IMG/VR virus record: IMGVR_UViG_3300007735_000616
Coordinates: 1 to 32,227 of that record
Strand: one strand, 5' to 3'
Origin: a virus
Lineage: Duplodnaviria > Caudoviricetes
DNA: 32,227 nt
The translations under genes and the position numbers were made by a program. The notes under the pieces were generated by a model, which saw only the letters and a list, made by a program, of their open reading frames with translations, was not told the DNA's origin and did not search any database. Shown one piece after another: positions 1 through 7,677 of this stretch. Numbering within the stretch: position 1 is the stretch's first letter; each line of letters begins with the position of its first letter.

Positions 1-563
1 TCGCTAGTGTGGTGAAGAACAATAACTCCAGCGTTTGTATGACGTGCTAAAAACTTTAACTCTTTCATAATGGCTCGCATTGAAGCAAACTCTTCACCGC
101 CATCAGTTGCAATATCCATTAAGTTATCTACAAAGATAGCAACAGGAGGACAACCCCATAGTTCTTCAAAGGCTTGTACCTCTTCATCAATATCTTGTAG
201 TGATGGACTTGATTCAAAAGACCACACAATATGGCTACCCTTTGCAAGAGTGGCTTTGGTCCAGCCCAAATCATTCTGAAGTAGTTGTTCTACATCACTC
301 TGGTTTTTGCCACTAATCATTGATGCAAGGCGCATAGCCATAGTATGTGCATTAGTATCTGCTGAGATGTAAAGTGTTGGAACTTTCATCTTAAGTGCCA
401 AGGCTAAAGCAAGCGTAGACTTACCAACACCAGGCGTTCCAGCAAGCATAGATACTTCTGCTCGACGGAATATTATTTTGTTAGAATCAAAAGCCTTGAA
501 CACAGAGGGCAACGGTTCGCCACCTATATCCGCTCTTCCTACGGAACGGACAAGTGTCTTCAA
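1..563 (-). CDS. DnaB-like (RecA-fold) replicative helicase, 3' end truncated by window
   Basis: Not in the ORF track; translated by hand from TTG at 563 as MKTLVRSVGRADIGGEPLP...MLAGTPGVGKST (Walker A)...LYISAD...AIFVDNL (Walker B)...VIVLHH. The frame stays open to the window edge. Confidence 0.88.
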   Translation of the reverse strand, partial: MKTLVRSVGRADIGGEPLPSVFKAFDSNKIIFRRAEVSMLAGTPGVGKSTLALALALKMKVPTLYISADTNAHTMAMRLASMISGKNQSDVEQLLQNDLGWTKATLAKGSHIVWSFESSPSLQDIDEEVQAFEELWGCPPVAIFVDNLMDIATDGGEEFASMRAIMKELKFLARHTNAGVIVLHHTS

Positions 564-658
564 TTATTTAATCCGAACTTGATAAAACATTCTAAAATAA
601 ATTTGTACATTTCTAAATCTAATAAGTACATTTCTAATTGCCAAAGTATTTCAATCAT
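560..658 (-). CDS. 32-aa hydrophobic micro-ORF (MIEILWQLEMYLLDLEMYKFILECFIKFGLNN)
   Basis: ATG follows the CTTAAGACAGGAAAA leader motif. Its TGA stop overlaps the helicase TTG start. Confidence 0.45.
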   Translation of the reverse strand: MIEILWQLEMYLLDLEMYKFILECFIKFGLNN

Positions 659-675
659 AATTTTCCTGTCTTAAG

Positions 676-720
676 TTAGAAGAGAGGCAGTTACTTCCCC
701 CATAACTACCCCTCTTCTAA
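676..720 (-). promoter_or_regulatory. 18-bp RNA hairpin (processing/stability element) directly upstream of the leader motif
   Basis: Minus strand reads TTAGAAGAGGGGTAGTTA-TGGGGGAAG-TAACTGCCTCTCTTCTAA. The two apparent mismatches are G-U pairs only on the minus strand. Confidence 0.7.
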
Positions 721-726
721 TTCTAT

Positions 727-1122
727 TTAGTTAACTGGTTTACATTGGGTCGCACCCTGTGGTTCAGGGCAAGACCAGAATGCATACGGTTGTCCATTCT
801 TCTTTGATACACCACTACGGAATATTCTTGCACCGTGCACACAAGTTGGGCTATTTGTACCTGATGGAGCCGAGGCTTGGGTTGGTACGGAGGTAGTGGA
901 TTGCGGAGTGCTTGGAGTTGAAGCGGGTGTCCCCAAAGGGGCTACGGTATAAGCACCACGTACCATCCTTGCAGTAGAAGCAACTTGTGCTGAGTAGTCG
1001 CTTATACCTTCAAGTAGTACGCTGAGTTCATCAGCAGTATTTGCACGAATGTTAATCATATCTGAGTCACGACTATCACTTGTGCGGATAGAAACTTGTA
1101 GTTTCCAGTCTTCGTTATTCAC
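727..1122 (-). CDS. Hypothetical protein with P/S/T-rich linker and C-terminal Cys/His motif (mycobacteriophage L5 gp70-like)
   Basis: GTG at 1122 has an AAGGAG RBS, so it is preferred over 1152. The C-terminus is CVHG...SGVSKKNGQPYAFWSC...C. The gene lies next to a Cas4-like nuclease as in cluster A mycobacteriophages (similarity from memory). Confidence 0.7.
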   Translation of the reverse strand: MNNEDWKLQVSIRTSDSRDSDMINIRANTADELSVLLEGISDYSAQVASTARMVRGAYTVAPLGTPASTPSTPQSTTSVPTQASAPSGTNSPTCVHGARIFRSGVSKKNGQPYAFWSCPEPQGATQCKPVN

Positions 1123-1243
1123 TTGCTTTCTCCTTTGGGGTATCAAAGCCAAACATATGTCGGGCTTCTTGTTCTGTTATTACTTTCAAGTCAAGTGCAA
1201 CAAGAACATCTTGACCTGATATGTTGATGTTTGTAGTCATCAT
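1115..1243 (-). CDS. 42-aa hypothetical protein (MMTTNINISGQDVLVALDLKVITEQEARHMFGFDTPKEKASE)
   Basis: Hand-translated. ATGA overlap with the upstream nuclease stop, AAGGAG RBS, and it fills the gap exactly. Confidence 0.7.
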   Translation of the reverse strand: MMTTNINISGQDVLVALDLKVITEQEARHMFGFDTPKEKASE

Positions 1244-1839
1244 TTCTCTTTCGTAAATGTGCAATGTTCTGTAAGTCCACAGAAACTGCAACTGGATAGG
1301 TTAGGTAAGAATACACCAGCCTTACGAGCCTTATCAAAACCCGACACCATATATTCAAGCATTGAAAGTGTATATCTACTTAAGTCAATCATCTCTCCTG
1401 TCCCAGCCTCACGGCTCATCCAGTAGTTTCCTAAATTGACTTCTATTCCGAACTGCATCTCAAGTCCAACCTTGTAGAAACCAAGTTGTAAATCAGATAC
1501 AGGTCTTCTTGCACTTGTCTTCAAGTCAACAATCACAAGTTGACCGTTAACTTCAAAGACTCTATCAATCACCATTTTCACAGGAACATCTGCAATAACA
1601 GGATTGAGTTCTATTTCTATTGCCTTAGCACCTTGAGGTGTACGCCATATCTTCCAATCAGGGTTATTCTTTCTCCACATAATGTAGTTATCTACCCAGA
1701 TTGAACCTTGGTTCATCCACCAGACAGCATCTTCTCTGTCAGGGTTAGCCTTGGTTGAGCGTCCAGCAACTCTTGCTTTAGAAAAATCTAAGTCCTTAGT
1801 TTCTTTTAACCAAGCAATATCCCAATAAGCATTACTCAT
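1240..1839 (-). CDS. Cas4/RecB-family PD-(D/E)XK exonuclease, C-terminal catalytic part
   Basis: Motifs IEIEL, IDRV, DLKT and QLGFY, plus a C-terminal CSFCGLTEHC Cys triad. Confidence 0.88.
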   Translation of the reverse strand: MSNAYWDIAWLKETKDLDFSKARVAGRSTKANPDREDAVWWMNQGSIWVDNYIMWRKNNPDWKIWRTPQGAKAIEIELNPVIADVPVKMVIDRVFEVNGQLVIVDLKTSARRPVSDLQLGFYKVGLEMQFGIEVNLGNYWMSREAGTGEMIDLSRYTLSMLEYMVSGFDKARKAGVFLPNLSSCSFCGLTEHCTFTKEK

Positions 1840-2020
1840 TTTCTAAGTCCCACATTTCTGCAGCATAATGAAATGCTCTGCCACCAGCAGACCAAATGCT
1901 TGGCTCTTCAGGTAGTTGCATAAGACGACCTAAGTAATACTGATAACCACAGGTTAGGTAAGTTGTGAATGCTGAGTAACTTATATGTCCAGGTAATTTG
2001 TAATCACCTAATTGAATCAT
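1832..2020 (-). CDS. Cas4/RecB-family exonuclease, N-terminal part (62 aa)
   Basis: HISYSAFTTYLTCGYQYYL...GRAFH matches the usual N-terminus of PD-(D/E)XK_1 nucleases. Strong GGAG RBS. Confidence 0.8.
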   Translation of the reverse strand: MIQLGDYKLPGHISYSAFTTYLTCGYQYYLGRLMQLPEEPSIWSAGGRAFHYAAEMWDLENE

Positions 2021-2042
2021 TATTTTCTCCTGTCTAATTGTA

Positions 2043-2094
2043 TTACCTAAACCCCCAGGAGGACAGGAGAGTACTCGACTAGAGGCTTAGGTAA
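2043..2094 (-). promoter_or_regulatory. 16-bp leader hairpin whose loop is complementary to the downstream RBS
   Basis: Stem TTACCTAAGCCTCTAG/CTGGGGGTTTAGGTAA, fully paired with G-U on the minus strand. Loop TCTCCTGTC is the reverse complement of GACAGGAGA at 2034-2026. Confidence 0.7.
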
Positions 2095-2098
2095 ACCT

Positions 2099-2165
2099 AT
2101 TTATATATTATAATATATATTATATAAGGGGCTTCGCCCCTATATATATGCTATAATATATCTCA
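2099..2165. promoter_or_regulatory. AT-only tract with central GC mini-hairpin in a divergent intergenic region
   Basis: TATATATTATAATATATATTATATA at 2102-2126, GGGGC-TTC-GCCCC at 2128-2140, and TGcTATAAT (extended -10, plus strand) at 2149-2157. Confidence 0.6.
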
Positions 2166-2194
2166 ATTATACACTAAAGACAGGGGAATGCAAG

Positions 2195-2809
2195 TTGGAC
2201 AATCATCAGCGAGTCTCACAAGAATCAGTTACCTTTCCTAACTGGTTTGCTTCAACACCAGCAATTAAAAACTTTGAAGAAATACTACGTAGTTTTGCTG
2301 GTAAGCCTGACCTAAAGTTTCTACAACTTGGTGCCTTTACTGGTGATGCAAGTATCTGGCTATTAGATAATATTCTTACTGACCCTACCTCACACCTGAC
2401 TGATGTTGATACCTGGTTAGGTTCAGACGAAACAGAACACGACAAAATGAACTTTGCTGACGTTGAATCTGCATACGATTTTAGAACTAAAAAATATAAT
2501 AATTTCACCAAGTATAAGGGAACTACTATGAGTTTCTTACGTCAAGCACCGCTTGACTACTATGATTTTATTTATATTGATGCTGACCATACCGCTATCG
2601 GAACCTTACTTGACGCTGAACTTTCTTGGTTATGTCTTAAGACTCAAGGAGTTCTAGCCTTTGATGATTATGAATGGAGTGATGGTAAGGGTGATGCCTT
2701 CCGTCCAATGCCAGGGATTAATTCCTTCTTGGATAGGCACGAAAAAGAGTTAGTACTACTCCAGCGCAACTGGCAATTATGGGTTTTAAAAACAAAAAAT
2801 ACCCCCTAA
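2195..2809 (+). CDS. Class I SAM-dependent methyltransferase (Methyltransf_24-like, probable O-methyltransferase)
   Basis: LQLGAFTGDAS (motif I), DVDTW, DFIYIDADH and LAFDDYEW. No DPPY/NPPY/PC motif of DNA methyltransferases. Confidence 0.85.
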   Translation: MDNHQRVSQESVTFPNWFASTPAIKNFEEILRSFAGKPDLKFLQLGAFTGDASIWLLDNILTDPTSHLTDVDTWLGSDETEHDKMNFADVESAYDFRTKKYNNFTKYKGTTMSFLRQAPLDYYDFIYIDADHTAIGTLLDAELSWLCLKTQGVLAFDDYEWSDGKGDAFRPMPGINSFLDRHEKELVLLQRNWQLWVLKTKNTP

Positions 2810-2836
2810 CCCAGTATCTCTACTAGGTCGGGGGGT
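2788..2836 (-). terminator. Intrinsic terminator of the late operon
   Basis: Minus strand ACCCCCCGACCTAGTA-GAGA-TACTGGGTTAGGGGGT followed by ATTTTTGTTTTT. GNRA tetraloop, located just after the last late gene. Confidence 0.8.
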
Positions 2837-2878
2837 AAAAGTCTCTCTATTGTGCCTTTAAAGGCTAATTAGGGGTAT

Positions 2879-3091
2879 TTATTTGGAGCCTAAGCCGTAC
2901 TCTTTTTCGGTCTTATCAGCCCATTTAGCCAATGGTGCTGCTAGGGCACCGATTAGGATTGCTTGCTCAGGGGCTAGGTCAGCAGCAAGTGCTAATCCCA
3001 TTGTTATTGCTGATGCTAGTACTGCACGAAGGTAAGACTTGACTGCAGCCTTAGTTTTCTTGCTCTTTAGTTTAGCAACTAAATCTTTCAT
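2879..3091 (-). CDS. Holin-like membrane protein (70 aa)
   Basis: Start reassigned to ATG 3091 (GGAG RBS, ATGA overlap with the lysin stop). Two hydrophobic segments with charged termini, directly after the endolysin. Confidence 0.7.
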   Translation of the reverse strand: MKDLVAKLKSKKTKAAVKSYLRAVLASAITMGLALAADLAPEQAILIGALAAPLAKWADKTEKEYGLGSK

Positions 3092-3537
3092 TTGTTCTCC
3101 TTTTTTGGTAATCGCTTTGTCGAGGCTATTACTTTGTTGAGTGTTGGTGCTTTTCCCATCCAAGCAAACCAAGGTGATGTGTCATTACCGCAGTTATCTT
3201 TGATGGAAATATGTAGATGTTTATTATGCTGATTGATTCCAGTATATTTAGATTCGCCATTCTTGGCTGACCAAATTTTACCAGTAAATATTAGATACTT
3301 AACTCTAGGGTCTGACTTTAACTTCTCGTATATATCAAAACAATCAATATCATTCTTCGGGTCGTGAGTTAAATCTACTGCATACCCTGTATTGTGGTCA
3401 GAGGTTGGACTGGATTTCAGATGAGCAGCAGACGGAAGAAGCCCATCTGAGGCTTTCTTGCGCTTTGGTCTCAACGCCGTCGCTTGACGGAGAACAGCAA
3501 TTGCAGCAGGTGTGGCTCTCTTGGCAACAGTTGTCAT
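3088..3537 (-). CDS. Endolysin, Zn-dependent M15/LAS-fold peptidase-like
   Basis: SDHNTGYAVD (H-x6-D) and HNKHLHIS (HxH) metal ligands, YLIF motif, and position beside a holin. Confidence 0.75.
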   Translation of the reverse strand: MTTVAKRATPAAIAVLRQATALRPKRKKASDGLLPSAAHLKSSPTSDHNTGYAVDLTHDPKNDIDCFDIYEKLKSDPRVKYLIFTGKIWSAKNGESKYTGINQHNKHLHISIKDNCGNDTSPWFAWMGKAPTLNKVIASTKRLPKKENK

Positions 3538-3791
3538 TGGGCATCCTTTATTCCTTTATCCATTAATAGTAAACGTAATGCTGAGATTTTATCTGGTCTA
3601 AATCCAGACCAATGAAAGTTATTATGTATAACTACAGGTGCTTGCTTGTAACCTAAATCTGCTACAACTTTAGCAGCCTGTAAGTCCTGACTTAAGTCAA
3701 CAACTATATAATCAATCTTATATTTATCAAGATACTTCTTAGTCATATCACATTGAATACAAGTTGGTAATGTATAAACTGTTACTGACAT
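3534..3791 (-). CDS. nrdH: Glutaredoxin-like NrdH redoxin
   Basis: VTVYTLPTCIQC active site, GYKQAPVV and WSGFRPDKI, which are NrdH signatures. Confidence 0.92.
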   Translation of the reverse strand: MSVTVYTLPTCIQCDMTKKYLDKYKIDYIVVDLSQDLQAAKVVADLGYKQAPVVIHNNFHWSGFRPDKISALRLLLMDKGIKDAQ

Positions 3792-3799
3792 ACTGCCCC

Positions 3800-3997
3800 C
3801 TATTTTTTATTGATAAGTATACTGATTATTTCCTCAACTTGTCTTTCCAACCTGCTAACGGAGTCCTTTAAACTTGAGCCACCATTCGGGCGAAGTTCAG
3901 ATAAATAGTGTTTAACTAAGTGTCTTACTCCCATAGCAAGTGCGCCAATTAAAGTCGTCGTTGATACTGCAATCGCAGCCCAGTCAGCAGGTGTCAT
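3800..3997 (-). CDS. Small single-TM protein (lysis accessory/holin-like)
   Basis: N-terminal hydrophobic helix, ELRPNGGSSLKD motif and coiled-coil tail, typical of actinophage proteins ahead of lysins. Confidence 0.65.
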   Translation of the reverse strand: MTPADWAAIAVSTTTLIGALAMGVRHLVKHYLSELRPNGGSSLKDSVSRLERQVEEIISILINKK

Positions 3998-3999
3998 AG

Positions 4000-6213
4000 T
4001 TATACCGTTCTAATAGTTATGTCAATGACTCCACCATAACCAGTAAAGCCTCGGTCAGGAGGAGTGAGTCGTGTAAATGAAATTTGTTCAATAACGCATT
4101 GACGAGATTCGCCAGTCGTTAAGTCTTGCCACGTTACAACGTCACCATTCTCTTCAATAGATTCTAGTTGAGAGATTCGGTCAAAGGCTCTGCCTTCATA
4201 ACCAACTTGTACGTTGTATCGGTCTGTCTCCACGTCATAGCAATAGACGGGAAATCTCATTACTCTTTGGCGAGGTGTAGCAATAGTTGCTTTCGCCTGA
4301 TAGCCCTTCATAATAGGACCTAGTGATGCAGTTGTTCCATCACGGAAAAAGATAAACTTATAAGCCACATACTCTTGAGCCTCTTGTGGTTGGTTAGTTG
4401 ATACTTCAACAGGGGGCACAGATGAGTCATATGAGATATGGTCATATTCTACACCGTCTGCATCAACTGTTTCTAAAGTCATAGAGCCGTAGGTAAAGTC
4501 ACCACGAGCAACAAGACGTTTATAATTCTTAGGTTCTAATGTGTTGTATCTAATGAAACCAGTTTGTAAATATCCAGTAGGCGCTAATTGTGTTTCATCT
4601 TCAGCATAAGTTGAACCAGGAACATTAGCCAAAGCGGTTGCAGATGTTACTGCAGTTGAGGTTACAGTTGAAGTAACTGCGCTTGTGTATGTAAAGGTTG
4701 TAGTAGTTGCTGAGGTTAAAGTCCAAGCACTTGTAGTTGAGTTAAAGTTAGAATCTACACCCTGTACCCACACAGAATCTCCAGCCACAAGTCCGTGAGC
4801 AGAGGCAGTAGTAAGAGTAGCAACACCTGATGTCATTGCTTTATTAGTAATAGTTCCACCAACACTATTGGCTGTAGTTGCAAACCAAAGTTGGTCAGTA
4901 CTATTTGCAAAAGCACAGGCAGTTGTCTGATGTCCAGTTACTCCTGTGTAGTAAAGGTCATTAGCCCAAGCAAAGCGTAAGGTTTCAATCTCAGCACTTA
5001 AGTCAATACGGATAACACCAGGTTCACCATCTACGCTAGTTGCACACCATACATAGTGGTCTCTACTTGCAAAGTCATAGCAAGGTTGGCTGGTCTGCAC
5101 AATAAGTGGACCGTAGTTAATGCTTCCATCATCTGATACTTGTGCTACACGAACACCTAAATTAGTACCAATCATCATATAACCTAGGTAGTAATGAATC
5201 TTATGTACTATCTCACCTACTGGGAACTCAGCAGCAATTACTGCAGAGGTTAAAGTAGGCATTACACCAGCAGAAGATAGGGTAAATCTTAAAATTGTAG
5301 ATTGAATTCCATTATATCCAGATACATAAATAGATGTTCCAGATGCAGCAACGCTAGTATATACGTGAGTAGAAGATGGATGAGTATATAAAGCGGTAGG
5401 CATAGCAACTGCAGAACTAGAAAATTCATAGACTTTATTGTTAGCACACATTACAATACGGTCTTTTACATATTCCATAGTAGCATTAGTGACTAGTCCA
5501 ATTTCATCAAACATTGTAGTCACATCTGCAGTTGATGCTGATGTACCAGTTAAGGGTTTTTTATATACAGTTTTCTTTGTTGATGTGTTAGTAATCCAAA
5601 ATGCATTAACACCATCATCACAGATAGCATAAACTTTAGCATCTGTTCCTGAGTTATAATCAATAAAATTAGTTAATGTTCCATCTGCTGCAATTTTATC
5701 TACATCATATTCATCTTTAAGTAATACACCAGAGGTGTTGTTCCACTTAATAGAACGTAATTGTTGATTTGTTCTACCATTAGACTCTATGGCACCAGTA
5801 GTAATATGCTCGGCGTCTACATCATTAAGTAAAGTTACCTGTCCAATGTCCCAGACGTTTAGACCTTTAGACTCAGCATAGCGATAGTGCTCAGGTGAAC
5901 CAGAGTTAGATGAGGTTGGGTCATAGAATGTTATTCCATCTCCATAGTGGAAAGATGACTGACTTCTAATCCACCAACCAGTTAGGCTTTGCTCACCAGG
6001 TTCGGTTTGATTATCAAATTGGTCTTTACGAAATGGAGCAGTCTGTCGGATATATGGTCTTGAGTCGCTAATAGCATAGATGAAAGGCATACCACCAATA
6101 GCAGTATCATAAGCAATATCTGTGTTTTGCCAGATTGATGTTGTTGCATCAATACCAACGTTAACGGCAATAGCACGGGTAGCACGACCTTCGGTAATAT
6201 CACGACCAGCCAC
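4000..6213 (-). CDS. Tail nozzle / tail tubular protein B-like (beta-propeller-rich)
   Basis: 737 aa, beta-rich, last structural gene before lysis. It carries an inserted TTASAHGLVAGDSVWVQG...TTTTFTY module. Confidence 0.6.
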   Translation of the reverse strand: MAGRDITEGRATRAIAVNVGIDATTSIWQNTDIAYDTAIGGMPFIYAISDSRPYIRQTAPFRKDQFDNQTEPGEQSLTGWWIRSQSSFHYGDGITFYDPTSSNSGSPEHYRYAESKGLNVWDIGQVTLLNDVDAEHITTGAIESNGRTNQQLRSIKWNNTSGVLLKDEYDVDKIAADGTLTNFIDYNSGTDAKVYAICDDGVNAFWITNTSTKKTVYKKPLTGTSASTADVTTMFDEIGLVTNATMEYVKDRIVMCANNKVYEFSSSAVAMPTALYTHPSSTHVYTSVAASGTSIYVSGYNGIQSTILRFTLSSAGVMPTLTSAVIAAEFPVGEIVHKIHYYLGYMMIGTNLGVRVAQVSDDGSINYGPLIVQTSQPCYDFASRDHYVWCATSVDGEPGVIRIDLSAEIETLRFAWANDLYYTGVTGHQTTACAFANSTDQLWFATTANSVGGTITNKAMTSGVATLTTASAHGLVAGDSVWVQGVDSNFNSTTSAWTLTSATTTTFTYTSAVTSTVTSTAVTSATALANVPGSTYAEDETQLAPTGYLQTGFIRYNTLEPKNYKRLVARGDFTYGSMTLETVDADGVEYDHISYDSSVPPVEVSTNQPQEAQEYVAYKFIFFRDGTTASLGPIMKGYQAKATIATPRQRVMRFPVYCYDVETDRYNVQVGYEGRAFDRISQLESIEENGDVVTWQDLTTGESRQCVIEQISFTRLTPPDRGFTGYGGVIDITIRTV

Positions 6214-6222
6214 TTAGACTCC

Positions 6223-6954
6223 TTAAACTTCTTTTTGTTTTTGCTCCGTTTGTTTCTTGATTTGGTCCATAGTCCAGTAAAGGGCGTAGTAATCAAAGTC
6301 AAGACTGAATCTTTTAATATGTTTAACTAATGCTCCAGTATGTGCGTGAAGCGGAATACCAGCAGCCTTCATCTTTCTAAAGAAAACAATATCTTCACCA
6401 ATGAATTGGTCATCCTTTGCACTACCTGCAGTCTCAAGGAACATAGATTGATTAGGGTGTGCTTGTCTCATCTTAGGAACTATTGACTTATGCATAAGCA
6501 CTAAGCCAAATCCTGCTGCGTCACACTTAACTACTTCATTATCTGGTAGTGGGTGTAGGTATTGAATCTGATACTCAGAGACATCATTAAATAGAACTGG
6601 ATAAGGTTTCATTAAAGAACCCTCGTTGTCTTTAGATATAAAGTAAACGCCACTTACTACTGGTCGGTTAATTTTATCTGCAGTCTTCCATAGTTTCTGC
6701 ATTACATCAAGAGTAAGAACTATGTCTGAGTCAACCCAGAGTAACCAATCTGTCTTAAGGTTATCTGCCCAGTAATCAAATAGAACTTGTCTTTGTCTAC
6801 CTATCTGGTTGCCTTGCACTCTAATACTACAAGCCAGTCCAACACCGTTGGCTGGACCTGCTAGTGCTGCAGTCATTAACCCTTCAGTAAACTTGCCATC
6901 AGTAGTGCCATTGTCACACCAGCCGATTGCTACTGTTTCATTTGGTCTTATCAT
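6223..6954 (-). CDS. GT-A fold (GT2-like) glycosyltransferase
   Basis: WLLWVDSD (DxD), VVSGVY, AAGFGLVLMH, GEDIVFF and HTGALVKH motifs. Confidence 0.85.
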   Translation of the reverse strand: MIRPNETVAIGWCDNGTTDGKFTEGLMTAALAGPANGVGLACSIRVQGNQIGRQRQVLFDYWADNLKTDWLLWVDSDIVLTLDVMQKLWKTADKINRPVVSGVYFISKDNEGSLMKPYPVLFNDVSEYQIQYLHPLPDNEVVKCDAAGFGLVLMHKSIVPKMRQAHPNQSMFLETAGSAKDDQFIGEDIVFFRKMKAAGIPLHAHTGALVKHIKRFSLDFDYYALYWTMDQIKKQTEQKQKEV

Positions 6955-6970
6955 TGTGTCCCCTTATTAG

Positions 6971-7252
6971 TTACTCTTGTGGTGTCTGTGCTGCCAATAC
7001 TGCAGCAACTGCTGCTGCTACGGCATCATTAAATGCCTGTTGCTTGGCTGCTTCTTCTGCTGCTGCTTTTTCTTCTTCAGTAACCGCAATGTGTGCTTCA
7101 ATAGCAGCGTTAAGTTCTTCTTCTGTTAAATCAACACCATCTGCTGGTAATATAAGTTTTTCTTCTAAGTTATTAAAATTAGCAATTAAACCTTTACCAC
7201 CAAGTTCTTCAGTTAGTTGTGCTAAATTAATTTTTTTTGATGTTATTGCCAT
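6971..7252 (-). CDS. Hypothetical protein, possible fibre assembly chaperone
   Basis: Acidic, Ala-rich 93 aa coupled to the upstream fibre-head gene. Confidence 0.55.
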   Translation of the reverse strand: MAITSKKINLAQLTEELGGKGLIANFNNLEEKLILPADGVDLTEEELNAAIEAHIAVTEEEKAAAEEAAKQQAFNDAVAAAVAAVLAAQTPQE

Positions 7253-7677
7253 TATGACCCCAAATCTATTACTGTTAATTCTCTTAACTGCACACCTAAA
7301 GTACCGCCAGTAGTTTTAAATTGTGCTGTAAAAGTATTTGAACCTGCTGTTAAACCACTTATGTAAATTCCTGCACTTAATCTTCCAAATGCTTGAGCGT
7401 ATGTCCACATAGAATCACCATCGCTAGCAGCAATAGTAGTTGCTCCACTTACTGCTACACCCATCCGATTGTATTGAAGTGAAGTGTTGTTAAACAAATG
7501 AGCAGTTAAAATTATTAAAACTTTTGTGCCTGTTGTTAAAGTTACAGCCTGTGGAGTAGTTAAACCTGTAAAACTTGTTGATGATGTACTTTCTTCACCT
7601 GTAACTGTACTGTTAGCAGATGTAATTCCACCAAGGGTGGCACCAACTAACGCTTGGGGTATTTGAAACCGAGCCAT
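7252..7677 (-). CDS. Small beta-sandwich tail fibre head / receptor-binding domain protein
   Basis: 141 aa, S/T/G-rich with alternating beta pattern (ISGLTAGSNTFTAQFK...LTVIDL). TAATG-coupled. Confidence 0.55.
   Translation of the reverse strand: MARFQIPQALVGATLGGITSANSTVTGEESTSSTSFTGLTTPQAVTLTTGTKVLIILTAHLFNNTSLQYNRMGVAVSGATTIAASDGDSMWTYAQAFGRLSAGIYISGLTAGSNTFTAQFKTTGGTLGVQLRELTVIDLGS

Noticed and set aside
1240-2020. Cas4-like gene as evidence of a CRISPR system
   Set aside because: No repeat-spacer array or other cas genes were seen. Stand-alone Cas4-like exonucleases are ordinary phage recombination genes.
2195-2809. DNA methyltransferase explaining restriction-site avoidance
   Set aside because: It lacks the DPPY/NPPY or PC catalytic motifs and looks like a small-molecule or glycan methyltransferase.
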